From the NCBI GenBank assembly GCA_964606485.1, contig CAZSGP010000004.1, forward strand, positions 166,376-230,375: a stretch of DNA of 64,000 nt, given 5' to 3'. A program made the translations under genes and the position numbers. Within the stretch, counting starts at the first letter, position 1. Every line of letters starts with the position of its first letter. Shown piece by piece: positions 27,243 through 42,200 of the stretch. A model generated the notes under the pieces. It searched no databases, was not told where the DNA came from, and saw nothing but the letters and a program-made list of their open reading frames with translations. This DNA is from an uncultured Planctomycetia bacterium. GTDB taxonomy: Bacteria; Omnitrophota; Gorgyraeia; 2-02-FULL-51-18.

Positions 27243-30200
27243 ATGCAAAATGAGTCCATGAAATTAAAACCGTACAAAAGCCGCTGGTCGTGGCAGTTCA
27301 AATCAGTATCCGTACTGATCATCGGCACTTTTTTACTCCATGACTTAGCCTGGGGCGTGGATTCTGATTATTTAAGAAAAAATAAAGAACGCGATTCCGG
27401 CAATCTCTTCCTTCCTTCCTATCTTCAGAAAGCCAATAACGATCAACTTGAACGCATGAAAGCGCGCGAAGATTTGAACTTACTCTTCCAGTCCCTGCGC
27501 AGTGACGAATTCACCAAACAGCTTCGCTCGAAATCGCCCAAGTTTGAATCTCACGGCGAGGAAGATCGCAAGCCCGCGGCAGGCGGCAGCGGTAAGGGCG
27601 GCGGCGCATTCAATTATATGGTCACCTTCAATGAAGGCCGTCAGCCGGCCGAGCTTCAAGTTTTTGACCGCGCGAGTGACGGCTCTATCAATGCGACTTA
27701 TGTTTATCAGATTAATGGAAAAGACATCTCAAGTTTAACGCGTGATGCGGTGACTCAAACCACCAAAGATGGCGCGACCATTCGCGGTGGAAGCAAGAAA
27801 ATTGATCCGAAAGGCGCGGCAAGCCAATTGGAACTTGCAACCGTCATTCACTACGCTCAAGGAAAAAATTCGAAGGGCGAACGCTTTGTCGATTATGTGG
27901 AAAGCGCATTTGAAAATGGGAAATCCACGATGGTGCAAATGCATGAGCGTAGTAGCTCCGGGTTTTTAACCGGCGTTCAAACGTTTGATGTGAAAGATTC
28001 CGGGCTCGACACCGCGACAAATGCGTTTAAGACTCAGCTCTCCACCAATAACCTGATTCGCAGCGAAGTTTATGACGGCTCGGAAAAAGAACATTTACTG
28101 TATGCGTTTAGCGATTATGCGCTAGATGCGAACAACGTTGTGCGTCCCAATTCGTTTGAAGTGGCAAATTACGACGCGGCAGGAGTGCTTGAGTCCAAAA
28201 AAAGTTATGACATCAGTAGCTACGATCCCTCCAGTGCCGCGTGGACACAAATTCAAGCGGACTTGAGAGCGGGCGGTGTGGGCTATGAAAAAGATCTGCG
28301 TTCGGAGACCACGTTTACGGGTGCCGAAGATAACCGCGTTGAAGATCAAGTCTTTACTTATAAGGATGGCGAGATAATCGAGCGGCAGGATTTTGAATAC
28401 CGTAGTTTCAAAGATGCCAATACGGGCAAGACTCGCCTGGCGCTGGTCTCTAGCTTTTCGTTTGATGTCGATGACGCGACGCTTTCCGTAGGCGACCGCC
28501 GCAAGAAATCGTCCGGCCAAATTTTAGATCCCAATGGAGACCCAATCCCTGCCAATTTCACCGGCACGTTAAAAACGCAGAATGTTTTTGAGAACGGACA
28601 AGTGTCGCAGGTGTTTAGTTTTGGAATCGATGACAGCGGAAAATATTTTGTCGAAAGCCGCACGGATCATATCGTGGATTCGCTGGGCGCAAGAAAATCC
28701 TACATCTTTGATACGACTGGTTTATCGACGCGTGATGCTCGCCAAAAAATGAGCGGCGATCTTGTGATGGACGCTGCGGGAAATGTGATCAAAGGAATCT
28801 TTACCGGCGAATTGGTGAACGAAACGGTTTTAGAAATCTCTCGTGGTCAAGAGCGGGCCGCACTGCAATTGCTTTATGAGAAAGACGCGGCCGGCCGCTA
28901 CAGCCAAACTGAGCGACTCGATTTTAGTTACAGTCCGAGCGGCAAACTACTCGATACGGTTTCATACGACATCTCAGACTTATCCTTGGCTGACGGACGC
29001 CTTCGCGGAACGGGCGAGCAGGTGTCGCGTTCATTTTTTTCAGGGGTTGATCAGCAAATTCAGCGCATCGATTCGACGGGAGATATTGCGGTGGCGGACT
29101 TAGGGTCTAACACGCCGGTCGATCCGCGGGACATGGCAAGCGACCCCGGCGCGGTGGTGGTGTACGAAACCGGACATACGGGTGATCGGAATTTCATTAA
29201 ATCCATTTCTTTTACAGGCGGAATCAATTATCAATTTGAATACGACGCGGCTCACAACTTAGCCAGTGTTTATTTTTCTAGAAGCGGCGTTGCGTCAAAC
29301 GCCAACCACTTGGTGCGTTATGCGTACAGTGCCCTAAGCGGACAGTCGGTTTTAGATTTGGTGGCGACGACGAATCATTTAACCGTGCGCTACGCCTACC
29401 AAAATGGCCGCGTGATTTCGACCTCACAATTTGAAGACGCCAACGCCGACGGTATTTTAGACCCGACCGAAAGTGTGCGAAACGTCACCTACTACGATCT
29501 GAACGACTCGAGCGGCCGCAAAGTGTTGTTGTCGCGGCAGTATGTGGGCGGAACCACTTTTGCGCAAGTGCAAGGGGATCTACTGGCCACGATAACGGAT
29601 GCGACGAAGGTGAAGACGGAGAGTGTGTTTACGTATCAGGCGGCAGAGCCGGACCGCATCAATTTTATTACAACCTTTATGGGAGTAGCGTCGAGCGGAT
29701 TTGAGTTGTCTCGCAGTTTTAATTCAAATGACACTCAAAATCATGTGATGTACACCGAGCAATATGCGGGAGGGGACCCTAACCAAGTTCGGATGACGAG
29801 CTTCAACAATTATTCAGGCGGACGGGTGGAGTCGACGGTACAGATTCAGGGGAAAGTGGATTTTAGTAATGCGGTTGTCTCGGCGGCTCTTCAAGGAGAC
29901 CGCGTCATTAATGAGCAGGAAATCTTGGGAATTGCTGGGGCAGTTTCCTTTACGCAAAACTCTGGGATCAAGGGTTCTGAAAAAACAGATTTTGTTAGAA
30001 ACATTTCCGCGGGGCATTACACGACGCGCCAAACGTACCGCTACGATGTAGATTTGGACAGCGGACTTGATGAAATTACGACGCTCCGGGAAGACGGTTC
30101 GGTCGCGCTTAAAAATTTCTTTGTGGGATTTAGCGGAGAAGAAACGGCGGACTATTCTTATGCATACGCCAATGACGGCGTGACGGTTCGCAGTGTATCG

Positions 30201-33200
30201 GTTAATTTTTATGGGGGCAATCTTCGCGCGCAGAACGCGGCGTCAAAAGATGCCATGGTTCGCTCTGAGAGTTACGAGGTTTCGGAACTTTCTTTGATTT
30301 CAACAGCCGTTCGCCGAAGTGCAACCGTTTTTGCAGGAGCTCGCGGCGAGGAAGTGGCTGATTATTCCACGAGCTTCGCGCAAGACGGCACCACCGTTCG
30401 CAATATCAGCGTCAACTTTTACCAGGGCAATCTACGCGCTGCTAACGCTTCAACGAGTGACGCGCTGTCCCGTTCGGATTCTCATGACGCGAGTGACATT
30501 TCGCAAGTGACAACGGCCAATCGCAGAGCGTCCACTTTTTTTGCCGGGGAACGTGGAGAGGAAATTCCCGACTATACTTATGGTTATGCGCCGGACGGCA
30601 CCACGGTCCGAAATGTTTCCGTTAATTTTTACGATGGAAATGTGAGAGCGCAAAACGCCACGACACGCCAAGCACTGGTCCGCTCCGACAGTCACCAAAC
30701 TACGGATATTAGTCAGATAACGGCGACGAACCGTAAAAGTTCCACTTTCTTTGTGGGAGACAAGTCCGAAGAGATCGCAGATTACTCCACAAGTTTTGCC
30801 GCAGACGGTGTCACAGTACGAAATATTTCGGTGAATTATTACGAGGGAAATGTCCGTGCAGCGAATGCTTCCACCGATGATGCCATGGTCCGCTCCGACA
30901 GCCATGAAACAACGGATATCGCGCAAGTATCCATCGCCAATCGCCGCAACTCTACCTTCTTTGTAGGCAAAAAGGGTGACGAGATTGCAGACTATTCCTA
31001 CGGCTATGCGAATGACGGAAACGCTGTGCGCAATGTGTCAGTCAATTTTTATACCGGAAATGTTCGTGCGACAAATGCAACGCCTAATGATGCCATGGTT
31101 CGCTCGGAAAGTTACCGGACTACCGACATTGCGCAAATCGCCACAGGAAATAGAAGTGCGGCCACTTTCTTTGTGGGCGAAAAGGGAAATGAAATCGCCG
31201 ACTATTCGTACTCGTACGCTATCGATGGCAGCACGGTTCGAAATGTCAGCGTAAATTTTTATGCTGGCGGCGTTCGGGCATCGAGCGCTTCTGTAGATGA
31301 CGCCCTGCTTCGTTCCGATAGCCATGACACTGCAGACATTGCGGCGATCACGACGGCGAATCGTAGAAGTTCTACTTTCTTTGCCGGCAATCGTGGGGAC
31401 GAGATTTCGGACTACTCTGCATCTTACGCTTCGGACGGGACTACCGTTCGAAATATCTCAGTGAATTTTTACGAGGGTGATCGTCGCGCCATTAACGCTT
31501 CAGCCGAGGACGCTCTTATTCGTTCCGATGTGCACATGGCTAACACTATTGGTCAGGTTTCACAAACTAATCGTCGCAGTTCCACTTTTTTTGCGGGAAC
31601 CCGTGGAAGCGAAATCGCTGACTACTCTTATTCGTATGCTCCAGATGGTATAGCTATAAATAGCGTCTCGATCAATTTTTATCAAGGAGATCTTCGAGCG
31701 CAAGATGCATCTGTAAATGACGCGCTAGTTCGTTCGGATGCGCACGAGACTTCCGATATTGTTCAAGCGCGTCCTGCCAATCGTAAGAGTTCTACTTTCT
31801 TTGCTGGAGCGCGAGGGGAAGAGATCGCCGATTACTCTTATAGCTATGCTCCGGATGGAGTCACTATTCGAAATGTGTCGGTAAATTTTTACGAAGGCAA
31901 TCTCAGAGCTAGTGACGCTTCTACAAATGACGCATTGGTGCAGTCGGATAGCCATGAAACCACGGACATTCTTCAAGTGGGCACCGCAAACCGCCGCAGT
32001 TCCACTTTTTTTGCGGGTGCGCAAGGGGAAGAGATCGCCGATTACTCATACGGGTATGGTGCTAACGGTACCGCGGTTCGAAATGTTTCCATTAATTTTT
32101 ACGAAGGTGACCGCCGCGCAATTGATGCTTCTTCAGAAGATAAGCTTGTTCGCTCGGATAGTCATCAAACAAGCACATTGGCTCAATCAACTCAAGCCAA
32201 CCGCCGCAGTTCCACCTTTTTTGCGGGTGCCCGGGGCCAAGAGATCGCCGATTATTCTACTTCTTATGCCAATGATGGCACTACGGTTCGGAATGTTTCG
32301 ATTAATTTTTATGAAGGCGAGCTTCGTGCGAGTGTTGCCGCATCTTCCAGCGCTCTGATTCGCTCCGACAGTTACGAAACGACGGCGGTAGGTGTGGCCT
32401 CTCTGTTTGTCCAGGATCGCCGTAGTTCCACGTTTTTTGTTGGGACTCGTGGTGAAGAAATTGCTGATTACTCCATGAGTTACGCTCCGGACGGAACCAC
32501 GGTTCGCAATGTGTCGGTAAATTTTTACGAAGGCGATGTGCGAGCGGCTAATGCTTCGGTGAATGACGCGCTGGTTCGCTCCGACAGTCATCAGGCGGCG
32601 GGGATTGGCCAAATCACGCAAGGAAATCGTAAGAGTTCTACTTTCTTCGACGGCGACCGCGGTGAAGAGATCGCAGACTATTCTTACAGCTACGCCACCG
32701 ATGGAACCACTGTGAGAAACGTCTCGGTGAATTTTTATCAAGGGGATGTGAGGGCAGATGCCGCCTCTGTTAATGATGCGCTTGTGCGTTCCGACTCGCA
32801 TCAAACGACGACTATTGCGCAAGTGTCGGGTACAAATCGCCGCGGATCGACTTTCTTTATTGGGGATAGAGGCAGTGAAATCGCCGATTACTCTTATGGA
32901 TACGCCGCTAACGGCACTACGGTTCGGAATGTTTCCGTTAATTTTTATGAGGGTGATCGTCGCGCTATTGACGCCTCGCCGGATCATGCGCTCGTTCAAT
33001 CCGATTCCCATGAAGCCTCCGACATTCTTCAGATTGCAACGGCCAATCGCCGCAGTTCGACTTTCTTTGCCGGCGACCAGGGAAGTGAAATCGCCGATTA
33101 TTCTTATAGCTACGCGAGCAATGGTTCTACAGTTCGCAATGTCTCAGTCAATTTTTACGAAGGCAATCAGCGCGCCACCAATGCCGATGTGGAGGATGCG

Positions 33201-36200
33201 CTCATTCGCTCTGACAGCCACCAAGCTTCTGTGATTGGCCAAGTGACTCAAGCTAACCGCAAGAGTTCAACTTTCTTCGCCGGCGTTCGCGGCGAAGAAA
33301 TCGCCGACTATTCTTATAGTTATGCAAATGATGGAAATACTGTTCGCAATGTGTCTGTCAATTTTTACGAAGGCGACGTGAGAGCAGCCAACGCATTGAT
33401 TAGCAATGCGCTCGCTCGGTCGGATTCTCATCAAGTAAGCAACATCGCTCAAATTTCAACGCTCAACCGGAAGAGCTCTACCTTCTTTTCAGGTACACGC
33501 GGCGAAGAAATCGCCGACTATTCCTATAGCTATGCACCCGACGGCACTACCGTTCGCAATGTGTCAGTGAATATTTACCAGGGCGATGTTCGTGCCACCA
33601 ACGCTTCGGTGAACGACGCGCTTCTTCGCTCCGACAGCCACCAGGCGACAGACATTGCACAGATTACAGATGCCAATCGCAAGACCTCAACATTCTTTAC
33701 CGGAACCCGCGGCGAAGAAATAGCCAACTACTCCTACGCTTATGGAAATGACGGCACCACCATCCGCACGGTATCGGTTAATTTTTACAATGGCAATCTT
33801 CGTGCTACCGATGCTTCCCCGGACGATGCCCTCGTCCGCTCCGACAGCCACCAAGCCACTGGCATTGGTCAGATTACTCAAGCAAACCGCAAGAGCTCGA
33901 CTTTCTTTGCGGGTGACCGTGGCGATGAGATCGCAGATTATTCTTATTCGTATGCTACAGATGGAATCACTGTCCGTAACGTCTCGGTGAATATTTATCA
34001 GGGCAATATTCGTGCAACGAATGCCTCAGCCGACGACGCACTGATTCGCTCAGACAGTCACGACGCTACCGATATGAGTGGAGCGACTCAAGCGAACCGC
34101 AGAAGCAGTACATTTTTTGCTGGTCTTCGCGGCGACGAGATTGCGGATTATTCCTACAGTTATGCTACGGATGGAACGACGGTGAACAGCGTCTCTATCA
34201 ATTTTTATCAAGGTGGAGTAAGGGCCGCGGCAGCTTCGGTCAATGACGCTCTGATCCGCTCCGACAGCCATCAAGCCACCGCGATTGGCCAAGTTACTCA
34301 GGGCAATCGCCGCAGCTCCACTTTCTTTACCGGAACGCGTGGAGATGAGATCGCCGATTATTCTTATAGTTATGCTACTGACGGCATCACCGTTCGCAAC
34401 GTCTCGATTAATTTTTATGAAGGCGATGTTCGGGCTATCAACGCTTCGGTGAACGACGCCCTCATCCGCTCCGACAGCCATGAAGCCACCGCCATTGGTC
34501 AAATCACCCAAGCTAACCGCCGCAGCTCCACCTTTTTTGTAGGTGTGCGCGGCGACGAGATTGCGGATTATTCCAAATCCTATGGCAATGACGGCGTCAC
34601 GGTTCGCGGAGTGTCAGTTAATTTTTACAGCGGAAATCAAAGAGCAGCAAAGGCGGCTTCCAATGACGCTCTCGTTCGCACGGACAGCCATCAAGTAACC
34701 GACATTTTACAAGTCGATCTATTAAACCGAAAAAACTCCACCTTCTTTGCCGGCATCCGCGGCGAAGAGATTGCGGACTATTCCACGAGTTACGCTCCTA
34801 ACGGCGTCACGATCCGTAATATCTCCATCAATTTTTACGAAGGCGATGTGCGAGCGGCCGATGCCTCGGTCAACAACGCGCTCATCCGTTCCGACTCACA
34901 CTTGGCAGATGCGATTGGTCAAGTCAATCAAGCTAATCGCCGCAGTTCTACATTTTTTAAAGGGGTGCGCGGCGAAGAGATTGCCGATATTTCTACTAAT
35001 TACGCACCCGACGGCATCACCGTTCGCAATGTGTCGATTAATATTTACGAAGGAGAACTTCGCGCTGAAAATGCATCCGTCAGTGACGCCTTAATTCGTT
35101 CGGATAGTTATGAAACGACGGCAGCAGGTGTGGTTTCTCTGTTTGTCACGGATCGCCGCAGTTCAACTTTCTTTACCGGAACCCGCGGCGAAGAGATTGC
35201 GAACTATTCTTATAGTTACGCCACCGACGGCGTCACGGTCCGTAACGTTTCGATTAATTTTTATCAAGGGGATGTGAGAGCGGTCGATGCCACGGTCAAC
35301 GACGCGCTTGTCCGTTCCGACAGCCACGAAACAACGGCCATTGGTGCGGTTACCGCTCAAAATAGAAGAAGCTCCACTTTCTTTGCGGGTGTGCGCGGTG
35401 AGGAAATTGCGGACTATTCTTATGGCTATGCTTCCGACGGCACGACCGTTCGCAATGTGTCGATTAATTTTTATCAAGGTTCTCTAAGAGCGGCGGTTGC
35501 CTCTGTCAATGATGCTCTGATTTATTCGGACAGCCACCAAGCGGATGGAATTTCAGCAGCGAACACTCAAAATCGAAAGAACACCACCTTTTTTGCCGGC
35601 CCTCGCGGCGAAGAAATCGCCGACTATTCCACGAGCTACGCCACGGATGGTACGACGGTTAAAAATATTTCCGTTAATTTCTATCAGGGCAATGTTCGCG
35701 CTTTGAATGCGGCTCCTAAAGATTCGCTCATTCGTTCGGACTCTCATGAGGCGGGGAGTCTTGGCGCGGTAAATATTCAAAACCGCACAAGCTCCACTTT
35801 TTTCGCCGGCATTCGCGGCGAAGAGATTGCCGATTATTCCACGAGCTACGCTCCGGACGGCACTACGATTCGCACGGTCTCCGTCAACATTTATCGAGGT
35901 GATCTGCGTGCCAAGGATGCCTCTGTGAGCGACGCGCTGATTCGTTCAGACAGTCATCAGACTACGGATATTCTTCAAATTTCAAATAGCAATCGCAAGA
36001 GTTCGACCTTTTTCGCCGGCTCTCGTGGCGAAGAAATCGCGGATTATTCCTACAGTTACGCTGCGAATGGCACCACGGTTCGCAATGTTTCAATCAACTT
36101 TTATCAAGGCGATCTGAGAGCGGCGGCGGCTTCGGTGAATGATGCGCTGATCCGCTCGGATAGCCATGAAACGTCGGCTATAGGCGCGGCTACTACTCAA

Positions 36201-39200
36201 AATAGAAGAAGCTCCACCTTTTTTGCCGGTGTCCGTGGAGAGGAAATTGCCGATTACTCCTATTCTTATGCCACCGACGGAATTACTATTCGCAACGTCT
36301 CGGTGAATATTTACGAGGGAGACTTGCGCGCGGAGGATGCTTCCACCACCACCACGCTTGTTCGCTCCGATAGCCATCAAACAGACGATATTCTAAAGGT
36401 TGCGACAACAAACCGCCGCAGCTCAACTTTTTTTGCGGGAGACCGGGGAAATGAAATTGCGGATTATTCCACTAGCTATGCTGCCAATGGAACGACGGTC
36501 CGCAATGTCTCCATTAATTTTTATCAAGGCGACCGGAGAGCCAATCTTGCTTCGTTAGACGACGCTTTGGTCCGCTCCGATTCGCACGAAGTTTCGGATA
36601 TTGCTCAGATTGCGGTTACGAATCGTAAAAGTTCCACTTTCTTTGCGGGTCTTCGCGGCGAAGAAATCGCCGATTATTCCTACAGTTATGCTAAAGATGG
36701 AGCCACGGTTAAAAATGTCTCCGTCAATTTTTACCAAGGGGATGTTCGCGCATCCAACGCTTCGGTCAACGACGTTCTTCTTCGCTCCGATAGTCACGAA
36801 GCAGGCTCTATCCAAGCTGTTGGAGTCCAAAACCGCAAAAGTTCCACATTCTTTACCGGAAACAGGGGAGACGAAATTGCAAACTACTCTACAAGTTTTG
36901 CCGCCGACGGCGTCACCGTTCGAAATATCTCCGTTAATTTTTATCAAGGCAATGTTCGATCCGCTCAAGCCACTTCGAACGATGCGCTGATCCGCTCCGA
37001 TTCGCACGAAGTTTCGGATATTGCTCAAATTACCCCAGCTAATCGCAAGAGCGCTACGTTTTTTGCAGGCAAGCGTGGTGAAGAGATTGCGGACTACTCT
37101 TATAGTTATGCTCCGGACGGAACGACGGTTCGCAATGTCTCAGTGAATATTTATCAAGGCGATCTCCGCGCCAAAGACGCTTCGGTGAACGACGCCCTCA
37201 TCCGCTCCGACAGCCATCAAGTCACTGACATTGGCCAAATCGCTCAAGCTAACCGTCGTAATTCCACGTTCTTTTTCGGTTCCCGCGGCGAAGAAATCGC
37301 CGACTACTCTTACGCTTATGGAAACGACGGAGTTATTGTTCGAAATGTAAGCGTAAATATCTATCAGGGGAATGTTCGCGCAATGAACGCATCTTCCAGT
37401 GACGCGCTCCTTCGCTCTGACTCTCACGAAGCTGGCGAAATTCTTCAAGTGAGTGACGCGAATCGTAAAAGTTCAACGTTCTTTACCGGCTCTCGCGGCG
37501 AAGAAATCGCCGACTATTCCTATGGATACGCCAAGGACGGCTTGACGGTCAAAAATGTTTCCGTGAACTTCTACCAAGGCGACAAGCGCGCCATTGATGC
37601 TTCCGTAAACGACGCGCTTCTTCGCTCCGACAGCCACCAAGCGAAGAGCTTAGGCGAAGCGATTCAAGCTAACCGCAAAAGCTCCACCTTCTTTGTGGGC
37701 GCTCGCGGCGAAGAAATCGCCGACACGAGTGTCAGTTACGCCAAAGACGGTGTTACAAGCCGCAGCATATCCATTAATTACTATCAAGGTGATATTCGTG
37801 CTGTGAATGCTTCGGTTAATGATGCTCTCGTACGTTCAGATAATTTTGAAGCATCCGGAACAGGGGCTATTTCACTACTTCTACAGAATCGCCGCAGTTC
37901 TACTTTCTTTACCGGCACCCGCGGTGAAGAAATCGCCGACTATTCCTATAGCTATGCACCCGACGGCACTACCGTTCGCAATGTGTCAGTGAATATTTAC
38001 CAGGGCGATGTTCGTGCCACCAACGCTTCGGTGAACGACGCGCTTCTTCGCTCCGACAGCCACCAGGCCACTGCCATTGGTCAAGTCACTCAAGCCAATC
38101 GCCGCAATTCCACCTTCTTCGTAGGAGGTCGCGGCGCAGAAATTTCGGATTATAGTGCTAGTTACGGAAGTGACGGGGTTACGATTCGTTCGATTGCACT
38201 CAATTTCTATGAAGGAAACCATCGCGCTATGGATGCGACATCGGATGATGCACTGGTTCGCTCGGACAACCACGAAGCAACCGCTATCGGACTCGTGTCA
38301 CAAGCCAATCGTCGCGGTAGCACCTATTTTGCCGGCGTCCGTGGCGAAGAAATCGCCGATTTTTCTTATGGTTACGGGTCGGATGGTAACACGGTCAAAA
38401 ATGTCTCGGTTAATTTTTACCAGGGCTCTTTGAGGGCGGCAGACGCTTCAGCGAATGATGCCCTAATTTACTCGGATTCTCACGAAGCAGCCGATATTTC
38501 TAGAGTTGGCACTTCGAATCGCAAAAGCTCCACTTTTTTTGCAGGGCCTCGCGGGGATGAAATCGCTGATTATTCGTATTCATATGATAAAGACGGCACC
38601 ACGGTAAAAAATGTTTCGATCAATTTTTATCAAGGCGATCTTCGAGCCCAAGACGCTTCGTCTAACGACGCGCTGATTCGTTCAGACAGTCACGAGACTA
38701 CTAGCGTTACTTCGGTCAACATGTCGAATCGCAAAAGCTCCACGTATTTCGCCGGTTCCCGCAGTCAGGAAATCGCTGACTATTCCTATAGCTATGCCAC
38801 TGACGGCACCACGGTAAAAAATGTTTCCATCAACTTCTACCAAGGCGACAAGCGCGCCATTGATGCTTCCGTAAACGACGCGCTCCTTCGCTCCGACAGC
38901 CATCAAACAACGGATTATACTTTGGCGGCGTTTTCCAACCGCCGTAGCTCCACTTTTTTTGCCGGAGACCGTGGAAATGAAATTGCAGATTATTCTTATA
39001 GCTACGCTGGCAATGGCACCACCGTTCGCAATGTCTCTATCAACTTCTACCTTGGAGGTTTGCGCGCGGTCGATGCCTCTTTTGACGAAGCCCTCATCCG
39101 CTCCGACAGCCACCAAGCGACGGATATTACCCAAATAACCCAAGCCACCCGCCGGAGTTCTACTTTCTTTAGGGGAAATCACGGCGACGAGATCGCCGAT

Positions 39201-42200
39201 TATTCTTATGCGTACGGCAATGATGGCACTACGGTTCGCAATGTGAGCGTCAATTATTACACCGGAAATCTTCGCGCCGCAAACGCTTCAGCGAACGATG
39301 CTTTGCTTCGTTCGGATTCGCATCAGGTCACTGACATTGCGCAGGTGGATGTGACTAATCGAAAATCCTCAACCTTTTTTGTGGGAGCAAAGGGCGACGA
39401 GATCGCCGATTACTCCGTAAGTTTTGCTAAGGATGGGACCACCGCTAAAAATGTTTCTCTTAATTTTTATGAAGGAAATGTTCGCGCTTCGAATGCTTCG
39501 GTGAATGACGCGCTCATTCGCTCTGATAGCTACGAAACGACAGCGACGGGAGTGGCATCACTTCTCATTACGAGCCGGCGCAGTTCAACCTTTTTTACCG
39601 GCACCCGTGGAGACGAAGTCGCGGATTATTCTTATTCGTATAACAATGACGGCGTGACGGTTCGAAATGTAAGCGTAAATTTCTATACGGGCAATGCTCG
39701 TGCGTCTAACGCGGCCGCGAGCGACGCACTGCTTCGCTCGGATAGCCATCAAACTACCGATATTTCACAAATTGCGACGACCAATCGAAAAAATTCGACA
39801 TTTTTTGCAGGTCCACGCGGGGAGGAAATCGCGGATTATTCTTACTCCTATGCTACAGACGGAAGCACGGTTAAAAATGTCTCAGTCAATTTTTACCAAG
39901 GTGATATTCGCGCCTCAAACGCTTCGGTGAACGACGCACTCGTCCGCTCCGACAGCCACCAAGCCACTGCTATTGGCCAAATCACTCAGGCCAATCGCCG
40001 CAATTCCACATTCTTTTTCGGTGTCCGCGGCGACGAAATCGCAGACTATTCGTATGGTTACGGTTCCGATGGCAGTTCTGTTCGCAATGTTTCAATAAAT
40101 TTTTATCAGGGGAATCTGAGGGCCGCTTTAGCTTCGTCTACGGATGCAATGGTTCACACGGATAGTCACCAAACCACTGACATTACGTTGGCGGCGCTCG
40201 CCAATCGCAAGAGCACGACGTTCTTTGCCGGCGCCCGCGGCGACGAAACCGCAGATTATTCTTATGCGTACGGAACCGACGGCACCACGGTCCGCAACGT
40301 TTCAGTCAATTTCTACGAAGGCGACGTCCGCGCATCCAACGCCTCTGCCAACGATGCCCTGCTCCGCTCGGACTCTCACCAAACAACAGATATTTCTCTA
40401 ATCACCACTACCAATCGCAAAAGCTCCAATTATTTTGTGGGCTCTCGCGGCGATGAAATTGCGGATTATGCCTACAGTTATGCGGCCGATGGTATCACGG
40501 TTAAAAATGTTTCTGTGAATTTCTACCAAGGAAATGTGAGAGCGGCAGTCGCCTCTGCCAATGCCGGCATGAACCGCAATGACGCCATGATCCGCTCCGA
40601 TAGTCACGAAACTACGGCGATCGCTTCGGTTTCTGTCGCCAATCGTCGCTCGTCTACCTTTTTTGCCGGACCCCGCAGTGAGGAAATCGCCGACTACTCT
40701 TATTCGTACGCCACCGACGGAGCCACTGTTAAAAACGTGTCCGTAAATTATTATCAGGGAAATGTGCGGGCGACCGTCGCATCCACCAATGATGCCTTAA
40801 TGCGTTCGGATTCGCACCAAGCGACGGATATCGCTCAGATTGCGCAGTTAAACCGAAAAAGCTCTACATTCTTTGCGGGCTCTCGCGGCGATGAGATTGC
40901 AGATTATTCCTACGCTTATGGAAATGATGGCGCCACCGTCAAAAATGTTTCCGTGAATTTCTACGAAGGTAATCTCCGCGCGACAAACGCTACGCCTAAT
41001 GACGCCATGATCCGTTCGGATTCTCACCAAACCACTGACATCGCTCAAATCGCCGTAGGAAACCGCCGCAGCTCGACCTTCTTCGTGGGCTCTCGCGGTG
41101 ATGAAATTGCGGATTACAGTTATGCATACGGCACTAACGGTACGACGGTACGGAATGTTTCCATTAATTTTTATACCGGAAACGTTCGCGCGGTAAATGC
41201 GTCTATAAACAATGCGATGGTCCGCACCGACAGTCATCAGACCGCTAGCCTTGCTCAAGTGGCCACGGCCAACCGCAGAAACTCAACCTTTTTTGTGGGT
41301 CCTCGCGGCGACGAGATCGCCGATTATTCCTATAGCTATGCCAAGGATGGCGCCACGGTTCGAAACGTTTCGGTGAACACTTATCAGGGCAATGTGAGAG
41401 CCAGCGTCGCTTCTTCGAATGACGCGCTTGTTCGCTCCGACAGCCATCAAACCACAAGCATTTCTCAGATTTCTACCGCGAACCGCCGCTCAACCACTTT
41501 CTTTACCGGTACGCGGGGTGACGAGCTTTCGGATTATTCGCATTCGTACGGAACAGATGGCACAACGGTAGTGGCCTCAACCCTATTTATCCGCGATGCG
41601 GCCAACGCATTGGTCGAATCGGTGAATTATTCGAACAAGATTACGAGGGATATTTCAAAAAATGTAGTGGATGCCCTTAATTCCGCAACCGCTCTGATTG
41701 AAACTAGCCGCGACTATTGGAAAGGCTCTCAGGGTTTTGAAGTCCGCGATCTCTCCGCTTTTTATTCTTACGATGATTCTGGAAATAAATCCATCGATCG
41801 CACGCAAATTTATTATTATTTCATCGATGACAATGACAATAATCAGATTGATGCCACCGATGGCAACGGGCAATTAGACGCAGGCGAGCCGTCAGGCAAG
41901 CGCGCACATGAAGTCACGCCCGACGATCTTGAAATGGGTTCGCGGACTTATGTCGGTGATCTGACGTATTTCCAAACCGTACGCACCATTTTAGGGCGCG
42001 ATACTCTGGGTCGCGTAACCAGTTACCGTGAAGAAGGCCGCGACCAGAGCGGAACATTCTTTTCAGAAAACCGTTCGGACATTACTTATATCGGCGACAC
42101 CGAAAATACGTTTAGCTTTAAAGCGACTCGCCGCGACGGGGAAATCACTTCCCATTTTGAAATGCGCAACATGGTTTACGATGAGCGCAACCGTTTGCGT

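Noticed and set aside
27502-27969. Small plus-strand ORFs 27502-27738 and 27769-27969
   Set aside because: They lie in frame +1 relative to the giant gene (frame 0) and are embedded within it, with no independent signals.
32187-33011. Long minus-strand ORFs across the repeat array (for example 32187-33011 of 274 aa, 38682-39182, 36555-37028, 34050-34511) with their own periodic sequence
   Set aside because: They are antisense shadows of the GC-rich, stop-poor coding repeats of the giant plus-strand gene. Their periodicity mirrors the 210-nt unit and they have no start or RBS context.
30090-41570. The regular 210-nt periodicity could superficially suggest a CRISPR array or satellite
   Set aside because: The units are in-frame, protein-conserving and contiguous, with no unique spacers and no short palindromic direct repeats. 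No cas genes are nearby.
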